Source of the DNA: Squalus acanthias
Taxonomy: Eukaryota
Reading direction: 5' to 3'
Assembly: GCA_030390025.1 (NCBI GenBank)
Contig: CM059431.1
Coordinates: forward strand, 142,044,001 to 142,108,000
Length of the DNA: 64,000 nt
In this document: piece by piece, positions 1 through 13,489 of the stretch
Layout of the letters: the number at the start of each line of letters is the position of its first letter
Numbering within the stretch: position 1 is the stretch's first letter
Program-made: the position numbers and the translations under genes
Notes under the pieces: generated by a model
Databases searched by the model: none
What the model was told of the DNA's origin: nothing
What the model saw: the letters and a program-made list of their open reading frames with translations, nothing else

Positions 1-1290
1 ATCTTTGCCTTTTTGCATACCTATGGAAACTTTTAAAGTCTGTTTTTTTTATTTCCCATGTAAGCTTACTCTCATATTCTAAATTCCCTTTCTTCATCAT
101 TTTCTTGGTCCTCCTTTGGTGAATTCTAAAATCCTCCCAATGCTCAGGCTTACTACTCTTTTGGCAAAATTATTATCCTCTTCCTTTGATCTGATACTAT
201 CTTTATCTTCTCTTGTTAACCACGGTTGGACCACTTATCCTGTGGGGTTTTTGTGCCTTAAATGAATGTATATTTGTTGTAAATGATGAATTTCTTCTTT
301 AAATGTTAGCCACTGCTCGTACACTGTCATTCCTTTTAATGTAGTTTCCTAATCTACCTTAATTCACTCGTCCCTCATACCTACATAGTTTGCTTTGTTT
401 AGATTTAAGACCATAGATTCGGATTTAACTCAGTCACTTTCAAACTCAGCATAAAATTCTATCATATTATGTTCACTCTTCCCTAAATGACCGTTTACTA
501 CAAGGTTATTCATTAACACTTTCACGTTGCACAATACTATATCTAAAGTAGCCTGTTCGCTATTTTGTTCCTCAACATAATGATCTAGAAAACTATCTTC
601 TATACTTTCCATGAATTCGTCCTTCATACTATTACTGCAAATTGGGTTTGCCCAGTCTATATGTAGATTAAAGTCCCCCATGATCACACTATTACCCTTG
701 TTACATGCGCCTCTAACTTCCTGATTTATACACTACCCTGCATTACAACTACTGTTTGGGGGCCTATAAACAGCTCCCACCAATGTTTTCTGCCCCTTAC
801 TGTATCTTAGCTCCACGCAAGCCCACTCTACTTCTTGATTTTCGGAGCGAAGATCCTTTCTCTCTACTGTCTTTATCCCACCATTTATTATCAGGGCTAC
901 CCCTCCTCCTTTTCATTTTGCCTCTCCCTTCTAAAATGTATGTATCCTTGAATATTTAGTTCCCAAACTTGGCAACATTGCAAACAGGCCTCCGTTATGG
1001 ATATTAGATCAAACCTGTTCATTTCTATCTGCGCTATTAATTCTTCTATTTTGTTGCGAATACCTCGTGCATTCAGATATCATGCCTTTAGCTTTGGCTT
1101 ATTTCTCTTTTTCCCTGATGTCACCTTAGTCACTGATGCCTTATTACCTTTGTTACTCTCTTTGTCCCTTCCTGACCCACTCTGCTTATTTTTACCGTAA
1201 ACTCTACTCTGCCTTGCCATTTCTCCCGATGCTTTTAAATTTACTCTTTCCTGAATCCTCCCGTCGGTGTTTGAATTCTGCTGCTTTCTC
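1..1290 (-). mobile_element. CR1-clade LINE fragment (endonuclease region of ORF2), degenerate, runs off window start
   Basis: ORF 430-687(-) has APE endonuclease motifs MGDFNLHIDW, LDIVL and GKSEHNMIEF; homologous to the CR1 at 4400-5400 in reverse orientation. Confidence 0.85.
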
Positions 1291-1379
1291 ACGATAAATC
1301 TAATCGATTCCTGCCAAAACAGCGCACATCCCACTCAAGATTCAAAGAGATTTCATATAAATGCAAGTTGTTTGGTGGT

Positions 1380-4300
1380 TTGAGTGCAGTTTGTCACGGA
1401 GTGCAGCTTGACACAAAGTGAACAACTCGGGAGTTTGGACAGCGTGGGAGTTCGGTGAAGTGGGGGAAGGAGTTGCTGTTTTGCCTTGCTTTTCCTAACT
1501 TCTCCCGCAGAGCGCCAGCGGACCTGAGTGGGAGCAGACCGAGGCCCGAGAGAGGGGATAAAAGCAGCAGCAGACCTGCAACAAGAGAAAACTGCAGTGT
1601 GTCGTCACAGTAAAGGCAGGTAAGTGATTGGTAGTGACTGTGGGCTAACTTTTAAGTTAACACATAGCATACAACTAAATTTTAAAAACTAAACTTAATT
1701 TAATCAATTTAATAAACTAATGTAAGTAAATACCTTGATTACCACTAAACTAATTAATTAATAAATCAAAAAAATAATCGAAGAAGAGGAGATGTGTTGC
1801 TACTGCAATATGTGGGAGCTTGTGGACATTTTTGTCCAGGGCGACTACATCTGCGGTAAGTATCAGCGGTTCGAGGAACTTCGGCTCCGATTTCAGGAGC
1901 TGGAGTCCGACCTGCAGACATTGCGAGACATCAGGGAGGGAGAAATTTACCTGGAACTTTTGCACCAGGAGGCAGCCACAACCCTTAGACTAAATACTTT
2001 ATAATTGACACGTAGTCAGGGACTGGAGTGTGTGAGTGCGAGTGAGGCAAGTATGGGCATCCAGGAGGTAGTATTGCAGGAGCCTTATTCCTTGAATTTG
2101 TCCAATAGATTCGAGGTTCTAGCAACGCTTGCGGACGAGTGCGGGGACTGCGGAGAGGACGAGCAAACTGACCATGACACCATGGAACAGGAAGCCGGTC
2201 AAGTGGGGGGAGTAAAAAGGAAGTTGATTGTTTGTAGGCAGTAGTGTAGTTAGGGGGATAGACATTGTTCTCTGCAGCCAGGAGCGTGATTCACGAAGGC
2301 TATGTTGCCTACCTGGTGCCAGGTAAAAGACATCTCCTCCGAGCTGAAGAAGGACTTGTAGTGGAATGTGGAGGATCCAGTAGTCGTGGTCCACGTAGGT
2401 GCCAACGACATAGGTAGCACTAAGAAACAGTTTCTGCTGAGAGAGCTTGAGCAGCTAGGGACTAAATTAAAAAGCCGAAACACAAATTCTAATTTAACCC
2501 CACTATTTAAAAAAAGGTGGTAGAGAACAAATAGGGAAATATAGACCGGTAAGACTGACATTGGTAGTGGGCAAAATTCTAGTTTCCATTATAAAAGATG
2601 TAATAGCAGAGCACTTGGAAAACAGTGACAGGATCGGACAAAATCAACATGGCTTTACAAAAGGTAAATCATGCCTGACTAATCTACTGGAAATTTTGAG
2701 GATGCAAGTGGTAGAATAGATAAGGGAGAACCTGTGGATGTGGTGTATTTGGACTTTCAGAAGGCTTTCGACAAGGTCCCGCATAAGAGATTACCATGCA
2801 AAATTAAAGTACATGGTATTGGGGGTAAGGAACTGATTTGGATACAGAACTGGTTGGCAGACAGGAAGCAGAGTTAGAATAAACGGGTCTTTTTCCGAGT
2901 GGCAGGCAGTGACTAGTGGGGTACCGCAGCGATCGGAGCTAGGACCCCAGCTATTCACAATACAAATTAATGATCTAGATGAGGGAACGAGATGTAATAT
3001 CTCTACGTTTGCAGACGACACAAAGCTGGGTGGGCGTGTGTGCTGTGAGGAGGATGCAGAGAAACTCCAGTATGATTTGGACAGGTTGGGTGATTGGGCA
3101 GATGCATGGCAGATGCAGTATAATGTGGATAAATGCGAGGTGATCCACTTCGGTGGGAAAAACAGGAAGACAGATTATTATCTGAACGGCAATAGATTGT
3201 GAAAAGGGGAAGTGCAACGAGATCTGGGAGTCCTTGTGCACCAGTCGCTGAAGGCAAGCATGCAGGTGTAGCAGGCGGTTAAGAAGGCAACTGGAATGTT
3301 GGCCTTCATAGCAGGAGGATTCGAGTACAGGAGCAAGGATGTCTTGCTGCAGTTGTGCAAGGCCTTGGTGAGACCACACCTTGAGTATTGTGTGCAGATT
3401 TGGTCGCCTTATCTGAGGAAGGATGTTGTAGCCATGGAGGGAGTGCAGCGAAGATTTACCAGACTGATACTTGGGCTGGCAGGAATAAAGTATGAAGAGA
3501 GATTCGGTCGATTAGGCTTATATTCGCTAGAGTTTAGAAGAATGAGAGGGGATCTCATTGAAAATTATAAAAATCGTACAGGACTAGACAGACTAGATGC
3601 AGGAAGGATGTTCCCGTTGGAGGGGTTTCCAGAACCAGAGGTCACAGTCTAAGGATAAGGGGTAAGCCATTTAGGACTGAGATGATGTGGAATTTCTTCA
3701 CCCAGAGACTGGTGAACCTGTGGAATTCTCTACCAGAGAAGGCAGTTGAGGCCAATTCATTAAATATATTCAAGAAGGAGATTTATATATTTCTTAAGGC
3801 TAAAGGGATCAAGGGATTTGGGGAGAAAGCAGGGACAGGGTACTGAATTTGGATGATGAGCCATGATCTCATTAAATGGCGGAGCAGACTCGAGGGGCCG
3901 AATGGCCTACTCCTGCTCTTATCTTCTATGGCTCTATAAAAAGGTAATAATCTCTGAATTATTACCTGAGCCACGAGCAGTTTGGCATAGGAAATCAATA
4001 GGATCAGGGAGATGAATGCGTGGCTCAAAGATTGGTGTGGGAGAAGTGGGTTTCGATTCGAGGTGCACTGGCACCAGTACCAGTGAAAGAGAGAGCTAAT
4101 CCGTTGGGGAGGACTACACCTGAACCTTACTGGGACCAGAGTTCTAGCGAATCGAATAACTAGGAAGGTAGATGGGGCCTTAAACTAAATAAGGAGGGGA
4201 GGGGAGTCACGGTGGAGAGAAATCAAGAATGCTAACGAGATTATGCAAGGAAGCAGTGAAGGAAATCGATTGGGGTAAGGATAACCAGAATGTGTCAGGA

Positions 4301-7180
4301 AGGGGCAGAGCGTACAAACAAAAGAATGCACTAACAAATAGGGTTCGGGTAAGATAAAATGGTAATACAAATAGTGCCATAGCACAACAAAAGTGAAGAT
4401 GTCTGAAAATGTTAAAAAGACAAATCTAAAGGCACTGTATCTGAATGCAGGAAGCATTCTTAATAAGGTAGAAGAATCAACAGCGCAAATAGCTGTAAAC
4501 GGATATGATATAATTGCAATTACAGATAAATGGCTGCAGGGTGACCAAGGCTGGGAGCTGAATATCCAAGGATATTCCATATTTAGGAAGGACAGGCAAA
4601 AAGGAAACGGAGCTTGGGGTAGCATTGTTCGTAAAGGAAGAAATCAGAGCAAAAGTGAGAAAGGATTTTGGCTCAAAAAATCAATATTTAGAATCAGTCT
4701 GGGTGGAGCTAAGAAGCACCAAGGGGCGAAACACATTGGTGGAAGTAGTCTAACGGCCTCCAAGCAGTAGTGGTAATGTAGGGGACGGCATCAAACAGTA
4801 AATTAGAGTTGCATGTAACAAGCGTACTACGGTAATCACGGGTGTCTTGAATCTACATATAGACTAGCCAAACCAAATTAGCAATAATGCTTTGGAGGAT
4901 TAATTCCTGGAGTGTGTACGAGATGGCGTTGTAGACCAATGCGTTGAGGAGCCAACTATGGAACAGGCTATCAAAGATTGGGCACTCTGCAATGAGAAGG
5001 GGTTAATTAATAATCTTGTTTTGCGGGGTCCTTTAGGGAAGAGTGACCATAACATGATAACATTTTTCATTAGGATGGAAAGTGAAGTAGTGCTATCCGA
5101 AACTAGGTCCCTAAAGCAAAACAGAGGTTACTACGAAGGTATGAGGAGGGAGTTGGTTATGATAGATTGGGGAGCTACATTAAAAGGCATGATGGTGGAT
5201 AGGCAATGGATAACATTTAAGGAACGAATGCTTGTATTGCAACAGTTATACATTCCTTTCTGGCACAAAAAACACTAAAGGAAAAGCGGCCCAACCATGG
5301 CTAACAAATGAAATTAAGGATATTATTAGATCCAAAGAGGAGTCATATAAAGTTACCAGAAAAAGTAGCAAGTCTGAGGATTGGGAGCAGTTTAGAATTC
5401 AGCAAAAAACGACCAAAAGATTGATTAAGAGGGGAAACATAGAGTATGAGATTAAACTGGCAAGGAACATAAAAGCGAAATGTAAAAGCTTCTGCAAGTA
5501 TGTAAAAATAAAACAATTAGTAAAGTCAAATGTAGGTCCCTTACAGTCAGAAACGGGAGAATTTATAATGGGGAACATGGAAGAGGCTGAGAAATTAAAC
5601 AAATACTTGGGTTCTGTCTTCACGGTAGAGGACAGAAATAAATTCCCAGAAATGCTAAGGAACCAAGGGTCTAGTGAGAAGGACGAATTAAAGGAAATTA
5701 GTATTAGTAAAAAAAATAGTGCTGGACTAATTAATGGGACTGAAAGCTGATAAATTCACACGTCCTGATAATCTGCATCCAAGAGTACTAAAAGACGTAG
5801 CCATGTAAATAGTGGATGCATTGGTTGTCATCTTCCAAAATTCTATAGATTATGGAACAGTTGCTGCAGATTGGAGTGTGGCAAATGTAACACCACTATT
5901 TAAAAAAGGAGGGACAGAGAAAACAGGGAACTACAGACCGGTTAGCCTAACGTCAGTATTAGGGAAAATGCTAGAGTCTATCATAAATAATGTGATAACA
6001 GGACACTGAGAAATTTTCAACGGGAGTAGGCAACGTCAGCATGGATTTATGAAAGGGAAATCGTGTTTGACAAACCTACTGGAATTTTTTGAGCATGTAA
6101 CTGGTAAAATAGATAAGGGAGAACCAGTGGATGTGGTGTATTTGGATTTTCAGAAGGCCTTTGAAGAAGTCCCACATAAGAGGTTAGTGTGCCAAATTAA
6201 AGCACGTGTGATTGGGCTTAATATACAGGCATGGATTGCAAATTGGTTACAAGACAGGAAATAGAGAGTAGGAATAAATGGGTATTTTTCGGGCTGGCGG
6301 GTGGTGAATAGAGGGGTACCGCAGGGATCAGTGAGTGGCTAATATATGGCAGATGCAGTATAACGTGGATAAATGTGAAGTTATCCACTTCGGTAGGAAA
6401 AGCAGAAAGGCAGAAGATTATTTAAATGGTGCTAGATTGGGAAATGTTGATTTACAAAGGGACCTGGTTGTCCTTGTACACCAGTCACTGGAAGCAAACA
6501 TGCAGCTGCAGCAAACAGTTAGGAAGGCAAATGGTATGTTGCCCTTCATTGCAAGAGGATTTGAGACAGGAGCAAAGATTTTTTACTAATATATACAAGG
6601 CCTTGGTGAGACCACACCTGGAGTACTGTGTGCAGTTTTGGTCTCAGTACCTAAGAAAGGATATACTTGCCATAGAGGGAGTACAGCGGAGGTTCAACTG
6701 ATTGATTCCTCGGTTGGACTGTCGTATGAGGACAGATAGCGTCGACTAGGTCCGGATTCACTAGAGATTAGAAGAACGAGAGTGGAAATCATTGAAACGT
6801 ATAACATTCTGACAGGGCTAGGCAGACTGGATGTAGCGTGGATATTTCCCCTGGCTGGGAAGTTTAAAACGAGGTTTCACAGTCTCAAGATTCGGGATAG
6901 GACATTTAGGACTGAGATGAGGTGACATTTCTTCACTCAGAGGGTGGTGAACCTGTGGAATTGTCCACCACAGATGGCTGTGGAGGCCAGGTCACTGAAT
7001 ATATTTAAGAAGGAGATAGATAGATAGCTAGACACAAAAGGCATCAATGGGCATGGGGAGAGCGCGGGACTATGGTATTGAGATGGATGATCAGCCATGA
7101 TCATATTGAATGGCAGAGCAGGCTCAAAGTGCCGAATGGACTACTCCTGCTCCCACATTTCTATGTTTCTATGTTTCTAT
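1380..7180 (+). mobile_element. Near full-length degenerate CR1 LINE (ORF1 zinc-finger/leucine-zipper plus SGNH esterase; ORF2 EN-RT) with nested insertion and internal RT deletion near 6330
   Basis: ORF1 pieces MCCYCNMWEL..CGKYQRFEELRLRFQELE and LSNRFEVL, esterase remnants at 2240-2480 resuming at about 3940; ORF2 pieces [44 protein letters not shown]; (TTTCTATG)n tail at about 7158-7181. Confidence 0.9.
2487..3938 (+). mobile_element. 5'-truncated CR1 (RT plus 3' UTR) nested inside ORF1 of the 1380-7180 element
   Basis: SGVPQ, FADDTKLGG and RPHLEYCVQ motifs; CR1 3' UTR ends at about 3935; host esterase sequence resumes immediately after. Confidence 0.85.
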
Positions 7181-7183
7181 GTA

Positions 7184-7270
7184 GGTTATCACCAGTAGTG
7201 GAGGAGTAGGGTCACGTCTATTGTAATTTTTGGGAGCTATTATTACCAGAAGAACATGGTCATCTCAAAT
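7184..7270 (+). repeat. Remnant (about 2 units) of the 48-bp satellite upstream of GPCR copy 1
   Basis: caccagtagtggaggagtagggtcacgtctattgtaa resembles the reverse complement of the 48-bp unit (ccactagtaccggaggagcacggtcacatctagtgtaag, as at 53300-54560). Confidence 0.6.
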
Positions 7271-7549
7271 GCTGCAGGACTTTTTCATATATTGCAGGAT
7301 TTTTTTTCACCGCCTGTTCTGGAGGTGTTGGTTTACTAGGAGTCAGTGAAGGGCAGGGTCAGGGCGATGGCTGCCAGTGTAGCTGCTTCCACCAGTCTTG
7401 CTGGAATAGGCTCAGCACCAGTATTGGGTGATTCCAATTTCCATTTGTAAAGAATGTTTGTATTGTGCGTGTTTTTGAAACTGTACAATAACAATTTCAC
7501 ATATTTCTCTTAAACTGATGTATCAGTCAAAAAAAACACCTTATCTCAG

Positions 7550-7710
7550 GCTATTTGTTAAATGACTGTAACTAATGCCAATTGTGAGTTAATTTCATTG
7601 ACTCCCTGGCGGATTGATCTGTGGATAAATATAGGTTCCCCTCTATTGCCTCAGCGGTGCGCCAGTCAGAGACTTTCATCTCCAACAGAATTTATTCAAT
7701 CACACAGAAA
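7550..7710 (+). promoter_or_regulatory. Putative proximal promoter/5' UTR of GPCR copy 1
   Basis: TTGTTAAATGACTGTAACTAA block and TATA-like ATAAATATAGG about 85 bp before the ATG; homologous blocks precede copies 2 and 4, and the first block also precedes copy 3. Confidence 0.5.
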
Positions 7711-7780
7711 ATGGGGCGACCAGCTATACTGCTGATAAAAGAGATTTACTACCCAATTCTCGCAGCTTTCGGTGTCCCCG
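7711..7780 (+). CDS. GPR139-like: GPR139-like orphan GPCR copy 1, coding exon 1 (MGRPAILLIKEIYYPILAAFGVP)
   Basis: ATG at 7711, 70-nt exon ending CCG|GTGAGC donor (phase 1); same exon in copies 2 and 4; YYP..GVP is the TM1 start typical of GPR139/142-type receptors. Confidence 0.85.
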
Positions 7781-8202
7781 GTGAGCCATTGTAAACTGCT
7801 TGTTGTTAACCGGTGTTAACTGTGTCCCTGTTCATGTCTCATGTTGGATATGGTAACTTTTTTACAGATGTCAGCATGACACAGTGAACCGCCTGTCTGC
7901 ACTTTCCCAGTTCCCCTTAATATCATAACATTTCCGATAATACTATGCTCTTTCAAGCTCCAACACAAGGATTTTAGCGGATTTCCGTCCTGTCTTGTCC
8001 CGCCGTGCAGAGTGAGCGCTGCAGCAGCTCATTAAAATGTGTGGGTGGGTTTCCCAGGTTCTGGCTCCAATACTAATCCTGTTCTCACACTGCTCCGTGT
8101 GGATAATCGCACTGAATGGATTAAAATGCTCTCCACATGTATCGCCATATATATTTCAATCAGACACTGGAACATTATTTCTCTCCTCTCTCTTTCTTAC
8201 AG

Positions 8203-9122
8203 CGAAATTGGTGACAATGGTGATTCTCTCCCGAGGAAACTGCGGCCTTTCCAAGTGCATCTCTGTCTACATGGTGGCCATGGCAACAGCAGATCTACTG
8301 GTCATGATCTTTAATGTAATGGTGTATTATATTTTAAGTTATCACTTTCCGCTTTCATTCCTGTCCCACACTCCGGTGTGTAAGTCCAATCTATACATGA
8401 ATGCTGTCACCTTCGATTTGTCTGTTTGGTTCACCGTCTCCTTCACATTTGACCGATTTATAGTTATCTGCAGCCAGAAGTATAAAGTAAAATATTGCAA
8501 CGAGAGAACTGCGGCCCTGGTTATAACAGCGTTCATATTCCTGATCTTTTTAAAGGGTATTGCCATTTTGTTTGCATATGAATCTCAGCAAATAATTAAC
8601 AAGGTGCAGTGGGGGTGTCGGGTAAGTGTAGCTTTTCTTTCCTCACCTCCAGGTGAAGCGTATCTCTGGTTTCACACCATATGGCTCGTTTGGCTTCCCT
8701 TTACGTTAATGGCCTTGTTTAATTGTTTTACCGTCAGACGTATTTTAGTGGCCAGCAGAGCCCGCAGGGGACTCCGGGGTCACAGCAGTGAGAATCAGAG
8801 CGATCCAGAAATGGAGAACCGAAGAAAATCCATCATTTTGCTCTTTGCTATATCGCGCAGTTTTATATTGCTGTGGCTGACTACTGCCGTGAGTTTTGTA
8901 ATTACCAGAATGTCAAACGTCAATTATTACCCAGGTGACCGCACAGACCCAGCCTTTTTCGCCACTGAAACCGGAGCAATGCTGAAGCATTTGAGCTCCT
9001 GTCCGAACACGTGTATTTATGCAGCGACCCAGAGGAAGTTCAGAGAAAAGCTGAAGAAGGTGCTGAAATCTCCCTGGACACTGATTCTAAGATTGGTTAA
9101 ACATGAAAGAAAGCCGAGCTAG
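8203..9122 (+). CDS. GPR139-like: GPR139-like orphan class A GPCR copy 1, coding exon 2 (spliced protein 329 aa, frame intact)
   Basis: Polypyrimidine tract and TTACAG acceptor at 8201-8202; motifs YMVAMATADL (TM2), SVWFTVSFTFDRF (DRY-like), RRKSIILL (TM6), NTCIY and FRE helix 8; TAG at 9120-9122. Confidence 0.9.
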
Positions 9123-9495
9123 AGCTTCGGTTGGGACATTAGAATTCCGTTCTAGCTCGTGTTCCAGATTAGACTGGGGTTCTCTCTGCTAACCGCTACA
9201 TAAGGATTGTTGTAAAATCTCACAGGTACGCGACTATATTTGGTGTCTTTTTAGCATTTAACGCCAACAAGGACTGTTGGTTTCCGCAGTTCGTTGGCCG
9301 AGTGACTCATCCCAAACAAGTCATTCCCCCTTAAGTGTGAAAAATGTCAGTGATTTAGTCAAATTTAACAGTGGTATATAACAGTTGATCAATGAGTTTA
9401 ATATCTAATCCTGTGAGGACTGTAATCAATTCTATCCTATATTGACCGGATCAGTCACTAGTTTTAGGGAAAGATTTTGTCGTTTACAACTCCCG

Positions 9496-10397
9496 GGGGT
9501 AAAAATTCACTTGGTTGCGCCACCCGTTAGCGCCTTAAGAGGGCGCTAATGGGGCGCAAAGCCGCTAACGCCCGGGCGCAGCGATGTTTGCGCCGCTCGA
9601 GAACTTAACTTGAGATTGTGCGGCGGCGCTAAAACTTAACGCTACGACCACCTGCGCGCGCAGATTGTGACGTCATTGCATAGTGCAACGCGCTTGGGGC
9701 GCCCCGTTGCGGAAATTGAGTGGCGCCCCCTGCCTTACCGCCTGGCGCTTCCAACGACCAGAAGACTGGAACGCTATCAATCGCTGTGGGGCTGGGGGGG
9801 GGGGGGGGGGCGCTATTTAAAGGGGGCCTCTTCCTGTCTTTTATTGTTGGTGGCATTTTTGAACTACGCATTCTGAGAGAGAGAGGGAGAGACTTCTGGA
9901 GAGATTCAACGTTGTGTGAAGGAGTTTTGGGTACTGAGCAGCACTTTGCAGGTTCATTTTGATTTGCCATTCCTTGTATCGATTTAGCAGAGACCGTGGG
10001 AGCTGCACTCTGAGCTCTTTGCCTGGTGCTCTCCATTGTTCTTTCCAGCACATTTGATGTGCAAGTCTCTCCAGGCCGAGATTCAAGGCAGCAATGAACA
10101 GGATGTGGATGGAAAGCAAGATTAACCATCCCCTTTAAGAACTGGCCCGTGCCATTGTGTGTGTGTTCCATTGCTGACTGACATTACATGAGCTTCGCCA
10201 GCGCTCCGAGTTAGCGCCTCACTGCTCGGCCTTTGCGCCTTAAGAGAGGTGTGCAGCGCCTGCTTTAGCGCTCCACTCACCTCCCGGGGTGGTAAAAGTG
10301 AAGTTTCCCGTCAGTGCCGATAATTAGTGCCAGGCGCTAATATTTGCGTCCGGACGATATTTGCGCCCCAAATGGGGCGCGACCTAATTTCTACCCC
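9496..10397. mobile_element. Non-autonomous DNA transposon (PIF/Harbinger-like MITE), 902 bp
   Basis: TIRs GGGGTAAAAATT / AATTTCTACCCC; 3-bp direct repeat CCG on both flanks (9493-9495, 10398-10400); GCGCC-rich subterminal repeats. Confidence 0.75.
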
Positions 10398-11069
10398 CCG
10401 GTCTCTTACCTTTTCTAGCAGGATTGCTGAAAATATTGCTTAGACTGATTGTCACTGCAAGGGCCGCTTCACCCCTTCTCCTGGTATCAAGCAGCGGTGC
10501 CGCTGTCCCCTTCTCAGTGTTGCGATGTTTTACCATTTTTGAATGTTAACTGGCGTTGCCTCGTTTTATCTGTTGTTTTCCTGACGTCTCGAGTAATGGG
10601 AATTATTTGAAGGCTGCCTCTCAACATTAAATAGAGTTGTTACTTGCGGTTAGTAAATGTATCATGGGGAATCTGACTATATTAATGTGAATCAGCGACC
10701 CTGTAATGTGGTAAAACAGTGTAAGAAATAAGAATTTATAATCGGGGCATTTCAGTCATGGATCAGTAATCAGGACTCTCAGATACTTATATGGAATAAT
10801 CCGCTGTGTGTTTTGGTGCACAGACAGTGCTGTGTAATATCCCGTCCCTTTTACCAACATTTGTTGACCGCGTATCTCCAGTGCAAGACGGTGTAATCGG
10901 AGCTCCGTACGGCACCACTGGGGACATGATTTTGAGAGTGTTGATCGGTGCAAAGGCTTCAAATAAGGATTTGAACCAATGAACTCGAATTTCGTTCGCC
11001 AGCTAATGTCTGTGCCTCGGTAGAAGCTGTTTACTAATTCATCCTGCAGGATATGGGTTGCAGAATGGA

Positions 11070-13450
11070 AGATAGAAACATAGAAACATGGAAAACTAAG
11101 AGCAGGAGTAGGCTATTCGGCACTTCGAGTCTGCTCCGCCATTCAATATGATCATGGCTGATCCTCTATCTCAATACCATATTCCCGCTCTCTCCCCATA
11201 CCCCTTGATGTCTTTTGTGTCTAGAAATCTATCTATCTCCTTCTTAAATAAATTAAATGACTTGGCCTCCTTCTGTGGTGGAGAATTCCACAGGTTTACC
11301 ACACTCTGAGTGAAGATGTTTCTCCTCATCTCAGTCCTAAATGTCCCACCCCGTATCCTGAGAATGTGACCCCTCGTTCTAAACCCCCAGCCAGGGGAAA
11401 CATCCTCCCTGCATCCAGCTTGTCTAGCCCTGTAAGGATTTTATACGTTTCAATGAGATCCCCTCTCATTCTTCTAAACTCTAGTGAATACAGGCCTAGT
11501 CGACGCAATCTCTCCCAGGAATCAGTCTGTTGAACCTTCGCTGCACTCCCTCTATGGCAAGTATATCCTTTCTTAGGTAAGGAGACCAAAACTGCACACA
11601 GTACTCCAGGTGTGGTCTCAGCAAGACCCTGTATAACTGTAGCAAGACATGTTAGCCCCTGTACTGAAATCTTCCTGCAATGAAGGCCTACATAGCATTT
11701 GCCTTCCTAACTGCTTGCTGCAACTGCATGTTTGCTTTCAGTGACTGGTGTACAAGGACACCCAGGTCCCTTTGTATATCAACATTTCCCAATCTATCAC
11801 CATTTAAATGATACTCTGCCTTTCTGTTTTTCCTACCGAAGTGGATAACTTCACATTTATGCACGTTATACTGCATCTGCCATTTATTTACCCAGTCACT
11901 CAACTTGTCAAAATCGACTTGAAGCCTCTTTGAATCCTCCACACAACTCACAATCTCACCAATTTCGTGTCGTCAGCAAACTTGGAAAATTACATTTGGT
12001 TCGCTCATCCAAATCACTGATATATATTGTGAATAGCTGGGGAACAAGCACTGATCCCTGCGGTACCCCACTCGTCTCCACCTGCCACCCCGAAAAATAC
12101 CCATTTATTTCTACTCTTTGTTTCCTGTCTGGTAATCAATTTTCAATCCATGCCAGTATATTACCCCCAATCCCATGTGCTTTAATTTTGCACACTAACC
12201 TCTTATTTGGGACTTTATCAAAGGCCGTATGAAATTCCAAATACACCACATCCACTGGTTCTCCCTTATCTATTGTAACAGTTACATCCTCAAAAAATTC
12301 CAGTAGGTTTGACAAACACGATTTCCCTTTCATAAATCCATGTTGACTTTGTCTAATCCCGTTGGTATTTTCTAAGTGTACTGTTATTACATCCTTTATA
12401 ATAGACTCTAGCATTTTCCCGACTACTGGTGTTAGGCTAACCGATCTGTAGTTCCCTGTGTTTTCTCTCCCTCCTTTTTTAACGAGTGGAGTTACATTTG
12501 CAACCCTCCATTCTGCAGGAACTGTTCCACAATCTATATTATTTTGGAAGATAACAACCAATGCATCAACTATTTCCATGGCTACCTCTTTTAGTACTCT
12601 GGGATGCAGATTATCAGGCCCTGGTGATTTATCGGCTTTCAGTCCCATTAATTTCTCCAGCACTATTGTTTTACAAATACTAATTTCCTTTAATTCCTCC
12701 TTCTCGCTAGACCATTTGTTTACCCTAGCATTTCTGGAAAGTTATTTGTGTCCTCTTCTGTGAAGACGGAATAAAATATTTGTTTAATTTCTCGCCATTT
12801 CCTTGTTCCCCTTTATAATTTCTCCCGTTTCTGATTGTAATACACCTACATTTCGTTTCACTAATCTTTTTCTTTTTACATATTTGTAGAGCTTTTCCAG
12901 TTCGCTTTTATGTCCCTTGCAAGTTTAATCTCATAATCTTTTTTCCCCTCTTAATCAATCTCTTGGTGGTTTTTTGCTGAATTCGAAAATGCTCCCAATC
13001 CTCAGGCTTGCTTCTTTTTCTAGCAACTTTATATGACACATCTTTGGATCTAAATTTCTTTTGTTAGCCATGTTTGGGCCGTTTTTCCTTTGGTGTTTTT
13101 GCACCAGAAAGAAATGTATAACTGTTGCAATTCATGCATTCGTTCCTTAAATGTTAGCCATTGCCTATCCACCGTCATGCCGTTTAATGAAGCTCCCCAA
13201 TCTATCATAGCCAACTCATCCTCATACCTTCGTAGTTTCAATTGTTAAGATTTAGGACTCTAGTTTCGGATTGGACGATTTCCCTTTCCATCTTAATGAA
13301 GAATTTTATCATGTTTGATCACTTTTCCATAAAGGACCCCCACAACAGGATTATTAATTAAGCCCTTCTCATTACAAAATACTAAATCTAGGATAACCTG
13401 TTGCCTAGTTGGCTCGTACACATTCCAGGATTTCATTCTCCACAGTATTA
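11070..13450 (-). mobile_element. 5'-truncated CR1 LINE (end of EN, RT, 3' UTR)
   Basis: ORFs 12136-12663 (KSPGPDNLHPRVLKE, NYRSVSLT) and 11688-11951; (ATAGAAAC)n tail at about 11071-11090. Confidence 0.9.
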
Positions 13451-13489
13451 TTGCTAGATGTTGTGGAGAGGCTATCCCTTCAACTGGTT

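Noticed and set aside
8037..8202. N-terminal extension of the 361-aa ORF (likewise 37815-37962, 61702-61807, 25243-25330)
   Set aside because: Intron read-through upstream of a clear acceptor; the true start is in the 70-nt exon 1
7711..9122. Calling copy 1 the true GPR139 orthologue
   Set aside because: One of several tandem paralogs with a short N-terminus; orthology needs phylogeny and synteny that cannot be assessed here
9629..10171. 180-aa minus-strand ORF as a host gene
   Set aside because: Lies within a TIR-bounded MITE and runs through poly-C and (CT)n tracts; no recognisable full domain
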